NCBI GenBank assembly: GCA_000004985.1
Contig: GG738898.1
Direction: 5' to 3' (one strand)
Origin: Naegleria gruberi
Taxonomy: Eukaryota
DNA length: 64,000 nt
Within the stretch, counting starts at the first letter, position 1; each line of letters opens with the position of its first letter. Made by a program: the position numbers and the translations under genes. This document shows, in pieces, positions 32,746-44,900 of this stretch. The notes below the pieces were generated by a model. It was not told where the DNA came from. It was given only the letters and a program-made list of their open reading frames with translations, and searched no databases.

Positions 32746-33948
32746 TTAAAAGTATACTGAAATAGATGACGCACTTGTCATTGTAAGAATCAATTCTTCG
32801 TCCTCTTCACTTATTTCATTATCTATCAATGAAAGACTAGATAAATGTTTCAATTCTTGTATAAGGTGGAAAGCTCCTTTTCCAATTAAATTTCCTTCAA
32901 CACTGAGGTTAAAAGTTTCCAATACATTCTGATCCTTCGCGACCAATCATGTTACTAGAAACATCAAGTTTTGTTAAATTTTCGAGTTGGCAAATGTATC
33001 TTATACCTTCCTCTCTTAATTGACAGTATGAAATATTGAGTCTTGTTAAATTGTTCAAATTACCAATGAACTGGGCACCCAAAGCACCAAATTCATTTGT
33101 TCCAATGTCAAGATCCGTCAAATTGGTTAATTTTCTTATTGATTTGGCTCCTTCTTCACTCAAACTATTATCTAACACATCCAGTGTTCTCAATTAAATC
33201 ATCTCAGATATAATTCGAGCTCCAACATCACCAATTCTACATCCTGACATTTTAAGTCTCTAAATTCTTCATTTTACTAATCAATCTCATTCCCTCAATC
33301 CCAATTTCATTGTTACTAACATTGAGGTATCTTAATTGTTCTAATTGGCTAATTGTACTTGCTCTGTCAACATTAATTCCACATTCTTCAACGTCAAGAC
33401 AGGTCAATTGCTTTGGTAGCTTTATGGATTCAATATTCATGCAATTCATACTCATTCTTAATGATTTCAATTGTTCCAGTTTTTGTAAAAACTCTCCCTT
33501 ACGAATACTATTGCAGGAAATTGATAAATGTTCCAAATTTATCATCCTTTCAAGACAATCCAAAAACAATTCACCATCAATTAGTGGCTGATCAAAGTCT
33601 CCATCAATTATTAAATCGACAATATTTTCTAAAAATTGACTCTTTAAGAGGAACGTTGCTCTTTGGTTGTCCATTTCGGAATGCAAATTAAGGCAGAGTT
33701 TTGAATGATTCCTCACCACTCTAAGCCACTGCTTGGATACCAATACAATACTATTTAATATGAACCATGATGATGATGAACTGTCGTTCATGGTTAAATA
33801 GGTTAATATTTCACTACATATTTCATCAGGAACATTAAACCCTAAACAATTAATTATACACAAAGTTATTAATACCTTAAATAATAAACAATAAACAATG
33901 AAAATTACAATTACTTGATGATTTGCTGCTTTCAATTCTAACGACCAT
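32746..33948 (-). pseudogene. F-box-like/RNI-type LRR paralog with 73-bp 5' intron, two frameshifts and one in-frame TAA (track shows three separate ORFs)
   Basis: ATG at 33946..33948 (MVVRIESSKSS) is followed by intron GTAATT...GTTTAG (33842..33914). Next comes RFNVPDEICSEILTYLT...SKQWLRVV, paralogous to 27983. The LRR reading continues across the junctions at ~33250 (KNLET/LKMSGCRIGDVGARIISEMI), ~33200 (TAA inside ...SEMI*LRTLDVLDN) and ~32930 (frame change) only by shifting frame. These cannot be introns because LRR sequence continues uninterrupted. Confidence 0.55.
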
Positions 33949-35198
33949 TTTTCTGATGATTAATTAAATATTTTTTTTATCCACTAATCTGCCGATTAAG
34001 GATCGCAGTAATGTACTAGTGATCGATATTATACTCATTGAGAATTAGGAAGTGCTAGATTGGATAGTATTAATATCATGATCCTTAATATATTCTTTTA
34101 AGATAACTTTATTTCGTCAGGTGTGTGGGAACCAAAGGTATTTAAATTGATGAGTAATCAGTGAAGTGCACAATTAATAATAATCAAATTAAACTCCAAG
34201 CCAATCAAATTATTTGTTCCAAGCTAGATAAAAATCCTAACGCAATTCTAGAATAATGGACATGTTAATTATCAAATAATATGATCAATCATTACTGTTG
34301 ATGAAAACTTGTAGTTTAAATTTACGGAACACAAAAGTTGCAAAATTACCCTGACACAATTAGTTTGGTGAGGAAATTGTTGTCGTTTTCTCAACAAAAA
34401 TCAAGATGAAAATCCAATATTATGTTCAAAATTCTATTCACAATGAAGACATCACATCTAATTCAATTTTTGCATTCTCTTTTATTTTTTAAAACAACAA
34501 AATTAACTTCAGCACTAACAATTATTATGGAACCCCTGAACAGAGCAATGCAGTGGACAACCTTCATGAAGGCTTTTCCAATATATATTATCCAACAAAA
34601 CAACAAGAAAGGAACTTTGATATTTAATGTATTTAAATGGTTGAAATGCAATTACAATCTATACAACAACATTTTCGATATTGAATATTCAAAACCCATT
34701 ATCGCTATGAAGTTGATGATATCTAACCCGATGTCATTTACTGTGGTGTCACCTTATGAAAGTCACAGCTCTTATTGTGCTTTGGTAACCGAAAATAACT
34801 CATCTCACCTGCCTTTAAATCCCTTCCGAATCTTGCCTTCCTATTTGTATTCATTTGGCCAATTTCATTCCTCAATAGAAAATTATCATTTTGCCTCAAT
34901 AAGATAATCATTAACAAAACGGAACCTATTATCAAATATTTGGTGACTTACAAAACCTCAGCGAATCAACAAGAGAAGCAAATTTCAATATCAACCATGC
35001 GAGCTTTCAGTTTCAACCTGTCAGTGTCGGAAATGCAACAGGTTAAAATCCATCATCTATCCCACCATCATGAGGCGAGTCATCCCAAATAACGACTTGG
35101 AATCGTATGAGTCACCTATTAGCTGTTTCCTTTCTTTTAACGGCATCCATTATTATCATAACCATTTCTTCATCATTAAAAAAAAATCAGAATATTAT

Positions 35199-36192
35199 AT
35201 GGCTAATACTGTACTTGGTAGCACAACCGCTGCTAAACATGCAGTTGGTTTCAACCTTTCATTGTTGGTATGTAGATTTCACTTTGTTTATTGTCTGACA
35301 CTTGCTTGCGCACTATACTTTTGACATTTGGCGTTCAATAATTTTTCACACTCCATGCGAAAATGTTTAATATACACAAATATCTATTGCGAATTCGAAT
35401 TAACAGAAAGGTGGTACTATTACCCAAACAATTATTGGTGCAATTATTACAGCTTTGGTAATTGCTTCAACCGTTGCAACCATTATCTTGGTTTCTGTTG
35501 GTGTTGGTTACAATCCACCAGTTGCGTAAGTATTATCTAATTTATTCGAATTAATTTACGAATCTAAATTCTTTTTCACAGTGCCAATGACTTTGCTTCT
35601 ACTTATAAGAGAATGCCAGTCACTGTCGATGTACTCATAAATGATAACGATCCACGTGGTGGTAATCTTACTTTGACTCAAATTGTTAATCAACCAAAGT
35701 ATGGTACTGTCAAGATCCTTTCTCGTTCCCAAGTTGTTTATCAATCCATTGGTTCTTTCTCTGGAAATGACACTTTCAGTTATGAAGTTAGTAATTCCTT
35801 TGTTACAGCCAATGCTACTGTTACTGTTCAAGTTTTGAATAGACCTCCTCAAGCTGTTCCAATCTATAAGAAGATTTCCAAGAATGCTCATAAGGCCCTT
35901 GTCGATATTTTCAATTATGTTGGTGACAATGATGAAAGAATTAGTGATATCGATAATGATGTCTTGTATGTTACTGGCTTCGCTGATCAACAAGTTATCA
36001 GTGGTAATGCTCAAAGTTTGGGATCCATTGAAGTTGACACTTACAATGGTTTCTTGTACACTCCTGTTACTGGTTTCAATGGTATTGAAAAGTTTAATTA
36101 CACAATCTCAGATGGTAATGACACTGCTTCTTCAACTGTTACTGTTGAAGTTGAAAATGATGCTCCTATTGCCGTTGATGATTACTTTAGAA
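35199..36192 (+). CDS. signal-anchored protein with bacterial-type cadherin-like tandem repeats, partial (runs into assembly gap); join(35199..35267,35407..35525,35582..>36192)
   Basis: ATG in ttatATGG context after an A-run. Exon 1 (MANTVLGSTTAAKHAVGFNLSLL) is followed by a 139-bp intron (GTATGT...AACAG). Exon 2 is a TM helix (KGGTITQTIIGAIITALVIASTVATIILVSVGVGYNPPVA), then a 56-bp intron (GTAAGT...TCACAG). Exon 3 encodes ~95-aa repeats VDVLINDNDPRGGNLTLTQIVNQPKYGTVKI...GSFSGNDTFSYEVSNSFVTANATVTVQVLN and ...FNGIEKFNYTISDGNDTASSTVTVEVENDAPIAVDDY. Confidence 0.65.
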
Positions 36193-36558
36193 NNNNNNNN
36201 NNNNNNNNNNNNNNNNNNNNNNNNNNNNNNNNNNNNNNNNNNNNNNNNNNNNNNNNNNNNNNNNNNNNNNNNNNNNNNNNNNNNNNNNNNNNNNNNNNNN
36301 NNNNNNNNNNNNNNNNNNNNNNNNNNNNNNNNNNNNNNNNNNNNNNNNNNNNNNNNNNNNNNNNNNNNNNNNNNNNNNNNNNNNNNNNNNNNNNNNNNNN
36401 NNNNNNNNNNNNNNNNNNNNNNNNNNNNNNNNNNNNNNNNNNNNNNNNNNNNNNNNNNNNNNNNNNNNNNNNNNNNNNNNNNNNNNNNNNNNNNNNNNNN
36501 NNNNNNNNNNNNNNNNNNNNNNNNNNNNNNNNNNNNNNNNNNNNNNNNNNNNNNNNNN
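36193..36558. other. assembly gap (366 N)
   Basis: Run of n characters. A 39-bp island at 36559..36597 separates it from the next gap. Confidence 1.
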
Positions 36559-36597
36559 TCTGTAAACATGACACTTGTGTGAGTATTGACCATCCCT

Positions 36598-36802
36598 NNN
36601 NNNNNNNNNNNNNNNNNNNNNNNNNNNNNNNNNNNNNNNNNNNNNNNNNNNNNNNNNNNNNNNNNNNNNNNNNNNNNNNNNNNNNNNNNNNNNNNNNNNN
36701 NNNNNNNNNNNNNNNNNNNNNNNNNNNNNNNNNNNNNNNNNNNNNNNNNNNNNNNNNNNNNNNNNNNNNNNNNNNNNNNNNNNNNNNNNNNNNNNNNNNN
36801 NN
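36598..36802. other. assembly gap (205 N)
   Basis: Run of n characters. Confidence 1.
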
Positions 36803-37999
36803 GCGAAATTGTTGGGATGTATCCATTTTCGACAGTGGAAATGATTAGAATCCAATCTAAACCATTATCCTTAATGGTTGTCACACTAATTCTCCTACCA
36901 TCATATTGAAAAGATGAACTGTTAACTTTCAATGTCAAACTTTGAATATCATTAACTTTTTTTGAGTTATTTAATCGTAAAATATCACGTTTGTCAAGCT
37001 CGTTTGCTAATCGTTCGTTTCTACTATCTATTTCAGTCATTTGAAATCGTTTTCCATCTACTATATTCGGTTGAGAAAATGAATTCGAAACTAACATTCC
37101 ATTACGCTCAACCAAGACAATATCAATACTGTTGGTGTTCATGTCTAAGTGTCTACAGACTGTATTATTGAGTAATTGATCCATGTAGAATAGATCATAT
37201 TGCATTCCAATTATTTCTTCCACAAGAATCATTTCAGTTCCATTTTTAATAAATATTGGAAAATCCAATTTAGTAACTGCTGAAATTGATGGTGTGTTGA
37301 ACAGGTAGTGAATCCAAATATCTGTCCAAACGTATTGTGGGTATGTGTATTGATTAATATACCAAGGTCTTGTCGTGCAATCATACCCTCCTTTTTCAGT
37401 TGTCGTATTCGAAATTGGTTGAAAGTATTCGTCAAAATCAGACGATTTCAGTATGAGATCAGGTCCACTAGATTGAACTCTACTTCTATTCTTTGAAATT
37501 TCCAAACTAAACAATTGTTTTTGGCTATTTCCATAGGTTATTTCAGAGAAAGTCCTCGTAGACGAAATAATTGGTGCCAATTGACTCACCACTCGTTTAT
37601 AATTCTCAGTAAAATTCCCAATTTCATTGCCATAGATGTGTTGATGTAAAAAGAGAGAAGTTCTCAGATTGGATAAAATCTGTCTCGAAGTATGTACGAA
37701 ACCTTCCACCTCCCTTACAATATTTTCTTCTCTAATTTTGGAAGTGTTTGCAAGAGCTGTTTCTCCACTTTCCAATTTTGGATTTTGATTAAATTGTTGA
37801 AAACTAACCTCGAATAAATAATTATCAGCATGCACCCAATGCAGACGAATGTTTGTATGAGGAAAATTGAAAGGAAAATATTTTGAATGGTGTTACATTT
37901 CGAACAGGGAATTTTCCTTGGTGAAACAATTGTTTTTTCAATGTCGTCCGATTTTTCACAGGAGGACGATTCTGGTGGTGAGGTTATGCTTGTCTGCAT
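36803..37999 (-). CDS. signal-anchored protein with extracellular Cache (dCache-like) sensor domain, partial (3' end lost in gaps); complement(join(<36803..37767,37809..37999))
   Basis: ATG at 37997..37999 in a tacaaaaaaaATG context (track start 38059 is a GTG). Exon 1 is MQTSITSPPESSS... plus a TM helix (IFLSIFLIQTFVCIGCMLIIIY). A 41-bp intron (GTTAGT...GGAAAG, 37768..37808) is phase-consistent. Exon 2 encodes an extracellular domain carrying the Cache hallmark RPWY (CTTRPWYINQYTYPQYVWTDIW). The ORF runs into gap 36598..36802. Confidence 0.55.
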
Positions 38000-38524
38000 T
38001 TTTTTGTATATGTGGGGGAGGTACCGTTTGTCCTTCTGTTGTCCAAAACCATTATCCACTGTTGTCTTTCTAAATATGGAAGTATTCCATTTTGGTTACA
38101 ATCGTTCCACTACCATTTGTGAATGAAATTAATCATATAATTCGGCACAAAAGATGATATCTATCTCTTCTTGATGATATTGCTTTAGAGGAAATGTTTA
38201 GAGGTAATGAAACCCATAAACATGTTTAGTCATGTCCAAATTAAGGTCGGCAAATATCTTAATCAATGTACGTTATTTCTTTGAATTTACTTCAAGTTGA
38301 GATTGAGAATCTTGTATGTTTCCTTTAATAACCAGTTGTATCTCTCTTACTGAGGACTAATGGGGCTCATTAAATGTTTTTCCTTTCGTTATAATCACAA
38401 CATTCGATTAGTTTCCAATAGTTGTTGCATGTGATCACACATCTATGGCATCTAGACTAAATATCAGTTTGACGGACTAACCAAACCAGAAACATGATCG
38501 GCACTCAAAGTATCACTACTAAGA

Positions 38525-38881
38525 TCACTGATTACCACTACTCATCAATGAACTATTAGCACTACTACTACTACTGCTGCCACTATCCACTGACACCACT
38601 GACACCATTGCACTACTACTACTACTACTGCTGCTTGTTATCATTGAAGTGGAAGATTGATTTGGATTGATAATTGGCCGCACAACCATAGCTCCCATTA
38701 CAATTTGAGATTTTGGAGGTTTGTAATTAATTGTTGGCAAATGACTGATTGGTGTTAAGGGAGTAAATGCAATGCAATTTCCCTTTTCCAAATGAGATTT
38801 GAAATCAATCATGTTATCGACCAAGTAAACATGCTTCTTGCATGCTTTACAATATTTGGTAGAGTTTGATTTGGATTTCAA
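38525..38881 (-). CDS. Ser-rich ORF with C-x5-C...C-x2-C zinc-ribbon-like motif; status uncertain (separate small gene or terminal exon of the giant gene)
   Basis: Frame is open from the TAA that ends the post-gap remnant of the giant ORF (ENCEWLYECPLKFEKLKSKSNSTKYCKACKKHVYLVDN...SSSSSSSS...). The track start is a TTG; the first ATG lies at DNMIDF. Coding-like composition. Confidence 0.25.
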   Translation of the reverse strand: MKSKSNSTKYCKACKKHVYLVDNMIDFKSHLEKGNCIAFTPLTPISHLPTINYKPPKSQIVMGAMVVRPIINPNQSSTSMITSSSSSSSSAMVSVVSVDSGSSSSSSANSSLMSSGNQ

Positions 38882-38994
38882 TTTTTCAAATTTTAATGGA
38901 CATTCGTATAGCCATTCACAATTTTCAATAAATTCTGAGCCTTTAAAAGAGGGAAGGACGTGTTTAGTTTCTTGAAATGGAATTTTGATTGAAT

Positions 38995-41900
38995 TTAAAT
39001 GTTGAATTCTCCTTCTAAGAATGTGTAAATAATTNNNNNNNNNNNNNNNNNNNNNNNNNNNNNNNNNNNNNNNNNNNNNNNNNNNNNNNNNNNNNNNNNN
39101 NNNNNNNNNNNNNNNNNNNNNNNNNNNNNNNNNNNNNNNNNNNNNNNNNNNNNNNNNNNNNNNNNNNNNNNNNNNNNNNNNNNNNNNNNNNNNNNNNNNN
39201 NNNNNNNNNNNNNNNNNNNNNNNNNNNNNNNNNNNNNNNNNNNNNNNNNNNNNNNNNNNNNNNNNNNNNNNNNNNNNNNNNNNNNNNNNNNNNNNNNNNN
39301 NNNNNNNNNNNNNNNNNNNNNNNNNNNNNNNNNNNNNNNNNNNNNNNNNNNNNNNNNNNNNNNNNNNNNNNNNNNNNNNNNNNNNNNNNNNNNNNNNNNN
39401 NNNNNNNNNNNNNNNNNNNNNNNNNNNNNNNNNNNNNNNNNNNNNNNNNNNNNNNNNNNNNNNNNNNNNNNNNNNNNNNNNNNNNNNNNNNNNNNNNNNN
39501 NNNNNNNNNNNNNNNNNNNNNNNNNNNNNNNNNNNNNNNNNNNNNGAGTGTGGATAGGAACAGGATTTTCATAGTGATGATGTTCCATATGTAATTCCAC
39601 ATCTGCTGATGAAATTATTGGCTTGTGATGAGAATCATCTTCCACTTGTGGAGTTTGTGGAATTTGTTCCTCTCCTTCCCATGCTCGTTTCACATTGGCA
39701 ACAAATGTTGTTGGAATACCAGTTGCTTGTTGCATAGTACCATCCACTTTGAGTGTTCTTGTTGATGATTGCTTCTCAAAGAGGTTACTAATATTGTACG
39801 TAGTGGTGGTTGTGGTGGCTGTGGTAGCTGTGGTGGCAGGTCTTTCTGAAATACAGTCTTGTGCATTCAAACTTTCCAAATTAACTTTAGAATTAATTGG
39901 TAGGATACTATTGATAGAGTATTTGAGTGATCTTGAAGTTGCTGGTGTTGATGGTTTAGTTGATGATTGACTGTAAATAGAACTAGATGGTTGAATAACA
40001 TGATGGTCAATCAAGTCTATGGAATCAACAACTTGTTGTGGAACAACCGAATTCTTCTTAATCAGGTCCAAATTCAATTCCTTGATAGAAATGACAGAAT
40101 TTGCAGTGGATGGCCTCTTGTCTTCCTCTTCAGTTGGACGAGTTGGTGTAGATGGTATTTCTTGATCGGGATTATATTCCTTTCTAGGAATGTAAAAATT
40201 TCCTTCAATATCTTCATGACTTGGAACAGCAATTTCACTTTCGTCACCATAATGTTTCTTTGAAGGAAGCTTAATCTTTTGTGGTTTGAGGTCATCATGA
40301 GTAACATAGGACAAGTGACGAAGAAGTTTTGGAATAGGACGTGGTCGAATAGGTCTGACCGGTCCAGAACCTTCCTTTGGGTTGGTGGAACCATGCTTAT
40401 TCTTTGAATTCTTGGTATTTCTCTTTCTCATAAAGAAACATACAAGGAAAAGCAACAAGAACATGCAGGACAATCCACATACTATGGCTGCTGAAAACAC
40501 AGCTGCTGCAACGTACATGTACGAGTAGTGAGAAACTGTGGCAGTCTGGATGACAAAGACATTGGTAAAGTGAGAACATTTACAATAGGCATGTGTATCA
40601 TTCTTCAGTTGGAGGGAACATGAGTAGGTAACTTCAGTAGTTCCATCTAAAAAGTCTGCACATGCATAACTGTCTGTTTCCTCTGTAAAATCGAATGAAC
40701 TTGCTGTACTAGATGTAAGAGTACTTGTAGTATTGATGGGAATAATGTAAATGAGGCCATCTTCCTTCATAGGAACACTCAAGTCCGTGAATTCAACCGA
40801 GACAATTGGAGAAATAAGACTTGACGTTCTAGTTGTCGAGGCAGAAAGTTTTTGTGAAAGTTTTAGCTTTCTATCAAGAGAAAACACATCATCTGTTACT
40901 GTCATTACGTACGTGAATGGTTTTTTAACAAGTGATGATACCTTATTTTCAAAAACAAAGAAATTGTCTGGAATTAGAACAGAAGTAGATCTTTCAGAGT
41001 CAGTAATGATATTCTCATAATCATAAATGGTACTTTTACCCATAATCATGGAGAAGAATGGTCCTTTGGTTCTAGTAATAGTACGAGAAATGTACATGTC
41101 TCTGGTTTGAAGATTTGACGACATTTTGAGTGCGGATAATAATTTTCTAGAATTGGAAGTTTGGTCAGTAATGTACTGTCTTTCCATAATGTAGTCATGG
41201 ACAGATTCAACACAAGCATTCAATAGGTTTTGCACACCTGGAGATAATTTGATTTTTCCAGAATCTTGGGCAGTTGTTAAAAACCTATTCAGGGTGCATA
41301 ATGCCTCTGAAATTGTCTTGGAATTGAGGAAATGATAATTAACAAGGATTGAATCAACAGCAAATGAGAGTAGAGAAATGTAATCCTCATTCAAACCATC
41401 AGTCTTATTCATACTTGTAGTAATATCATTTAGGACAGTTAATTTGCTCTTTTGGATGTTAGAAAAATCTCTAATGGAGGTTTCACAATGAGTACCAATA
41501 TATCCATCAGCACACTTGCATTCGCCTGAAACTTCTACACCACTTATACATTGAAGATACTTGGTTGATCTTTCATTTATGGAACGCTTAAATGATAAAT
41601 CTCCAAGGGTTTCTTTCAATAGAACCGAATCTGTTCTAGAAGTAGAGGCAGATTGATAGATGCTCTTACTGAAATGACCTTCGGACATGTAGGTTGCACT
41701 CACCCCTGACCAAGTCGATACAATTTCTTGAACTTGTTCAATGTCTGTTACTGTTGGTTTGGAAATTGTAATATTCTTCTCCATAAGAGTTGTACCGCCT
41801 GTGACAGTATTGATAATTTCAAAGAAACAAGTCACTGTATCACCATAGAATGGTGCAGGTAGTTTGGAGGCAAACACTTCACCAAGGTTGTACAGATAAA

Positions 41901-44900
41901 TCTTGGATCCTGATCTATCATCCAAAAAGCCATACTTAAAGTCAATATTTTCATCTGGATTTTTACAATTGGTACAATAGAAATCAAATTCAGTTTCAAG
42001 TGCAATACCTGTTGATGGATTAATGGAGCAATCACATGGTTTTGGAATGGAAGCCATTGAGAATGCATACGCTGTTCTCACAGTAACACCAGAAGAAGTA
42101 TCTCTTGCTGCAATAGTAAGAGTATTGGTTGAACCCTGCACAAGCAAGGTTGTATCTATGACTCCTGTCACCATTTCTGCAGCACCAACTTGCTGTACTA
42201 TGAATTTAGACTTGTCAAGAATCATTCCATTGAGAACCCATGTGGTTTCTGTGGAGGAAGTTATTTCTGATGAGATTAAAGTTTGAACGGAAAGTTTTTG
42301 CCCAGGAATCAAGTATTGAGTAGTAGGATTAATATCAAGGATATTCACCACAGGTGGAATATTATTAAAGTAAACAATGGTGGACTTTTCCACAATTCTG
42401 TCAGTTTTGGAGACTCTTAATCGAAGTTGAAGTGATGAAGGAACAATCATGCTTCCAAACAGGGCTGAATCAATGGTGAATAGCTTGGCTTTTGTGCTTG
42501 AAATGGATCGAAGCAAACTGAGCAAATCAGGATTGCCACTATCTAAGCAACTCCATGTCCATGTTTCCACTGATTCATAATTGATGGCATCCTCTGGATC
42601 ACTGTATTCCACTTTAATGACTGTATATGTCTTTCTGGATTCTAATTGAACAAGATTTAGATAGAGGTCTGGAGATTTTGTTGTCAATGTCACAGTAGAG
42701 GTTGAGGAGAGTGTTGGATTTGAAGCATAGTAAGCTTTCACTGTGAATGAGTAGCTCACACTTCCAAAAGTTCTCAATCTAGAAATGTACAAATTGTTAA
42801 ACTTGTCTACAGTGAATTCTATGGCAGGCCCTGATGTTTGAGCCCAATCAATTGTAACAGATTCTGATGCACATGTTGACTGAGTAACAACCTTCTTGAT
42901 TGAAGAAGGAAAATCTGTTGTGAGCTTTTCAACCAAGGATGGAGCCATCACTAAAGGAAGAGGTTTCTCAGACTTGACAAATTCCCTCGAATATACATAA
43001 GGACTAATAGTATTCAATGAAGGGCTATGGACCTGAAGCATCATTCTATATCTTCCAGCTGGAAGTGATGCTTCCAACTTGATAATAGCTTGATTGGGAT
43101 AACTATTAGATACAATTTCAAAGGTAGTTGCATCGAGTAAGGACCAATAATAGCTCAATTGCTTTCCATCATTGGAGTGGCTCAGAGTGCCATCTACACT
43201 AATTTCATCACACGAACTAAACATGTCTATATTGGCCATACTAATGAAGGCAGTTGGGGTGTTATTCTGTAAGGGCATGACAACTGGAATGGAAATATAT
43301 TCCTCTCTGGTTGTTAAGTTATTGTATCTATCGTAGACGAGTGTATTCAATTTGATTGATTGACCACTTTCTAATGTATAATCAATTGAACCAAAAGTGA
43401 TCATGAAAGCATAGCTTGCCTTATTCAAATATTTACATTTCACATTAGAGAAGGAACCATAAACATTTCTGGACCTATCTTCTGAACTGATAAGATTCGA
43501 GCACGGAATTTCCACACCAGTAAATGCTGTTGGGAGGTTGAGTTTAAATACTAATCCAGAAAAATCGGAAAGAATAGTGGCAGGTCCTTCAATCTTGGTT
43601 GCACAATTAATTCCATAATAGCCATTCAAACAAGTGTCACATAAGGAGCCATTCCAGAATCCACGTTCAAAACTTGAATAACATTTGCAAGTCAAATCAG
43701 ATTTACATTCTCCATTATTGAAACAATTATTTGCACAAGTACTATTTACAACAGTTGTTGGAGTACTGCTTGAATTATTGCTAGTATTGCTAGTTGCATT
43801 GTTTGAAATCGGTGGAACTATAACCTCGTTACTTGTGTTGTTTGTTGGAGTGGTTGAGTTTTCATTGGGAATGGTAATGTTTGGATGTAATTGTTCTGAA
43901 CAATTAAATCCCAAGTATCCATCCTTACATTTACAAGTGTCAAAATCAGTACACTGACCATTACCAGAACATACTAACTCAGATGTGGATTTAACAGAAA
44001 AGCAAGTTGTGAAATTACAGTTTGGTCCAAAATATGGCAAGTTACAGTCACAATGATTGAAAGATTCACACCTACCACGGGATTGACAAACAAGGGATTC
44101 ATTACTCAATACACCAAAACAACTTGTCACAGAGCAATCACTTCCAAAGCTATTTGGTTCACATTCACAAGTGTCCAAGTCTGAACAAACTCCTCTTTGA
44201 GAACAAACAGTCATATCTAACTTGGATTTACCGTAGCAATAAAAGTGAGAGCAATCTGGGCCAGAGTATCCTTTGTTGCAGACGCACGTATCATGACTTG
44301 TACAACTACCACGGCCAGTACACGTCTCAGAGCTATTGGACGATTTTGAAAAACATGTAGTCAACTCGCAATTCATTCCAAAATAGTTTTCAGCACATTC
44401 ACATTGGTCGAACTCAACACATTTTCCTCTGGAATTACACACAGAAGAGGAATTTGATGGAATATTGTGGCATAGAGGAATTTCACAATTAGATCCAGTA
44501 TATGAAGAATTGCAAGAGCAATGATTTAAGGTGGAACAATTTCCTCTTGAATTGCATACATTTGGATCATGAGAAGAAATTCCAAAACATGTAGTGTACT
44601 GACACCAAGGTCCTGCATACTCTGATGGACAATGGCACTCATCAACCTTTGAGCAATTTCCAACAGAATTACATACTTTGGAAGAGTTTGAGGCAATTCC
44701 AAAACATGTAGCCAACTCGCAATTTCTTCCTGTATACTTTTCATTACATGTACAATTATCTGGTGAATGGCAAGGGCCGTGATAGCTACAAACTGAAGAA
44801 TTACTATCCTTAATACCAAAGCATAGAGAACCAAAGCAATTATCACCATAAGAGCCGTGGTTACAAATACATGTATTCGAATCGGTGCATGAACCATGTC

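Noticed and set aside
32746-33935. Treating 33252..33935, 32909..33193 and 32746..32946 as three separate small LRR genes
   Set aside because: LRR sequence continues seamlessly across the junctions in shifted frames, so this is one disrupted paralog. The junctions cannot be introns because the intervening sequence itself encodes LRR.
34422-34907. 161-aa ORF in the 1.2-kb spacer upstream of the cadherin-like gene
   Set aside because: Low-complexity, Phe/Ile/Asn-rich translation with no motif and no A-run start context. Composition matches spacer DNA rather than neighbouring exons.
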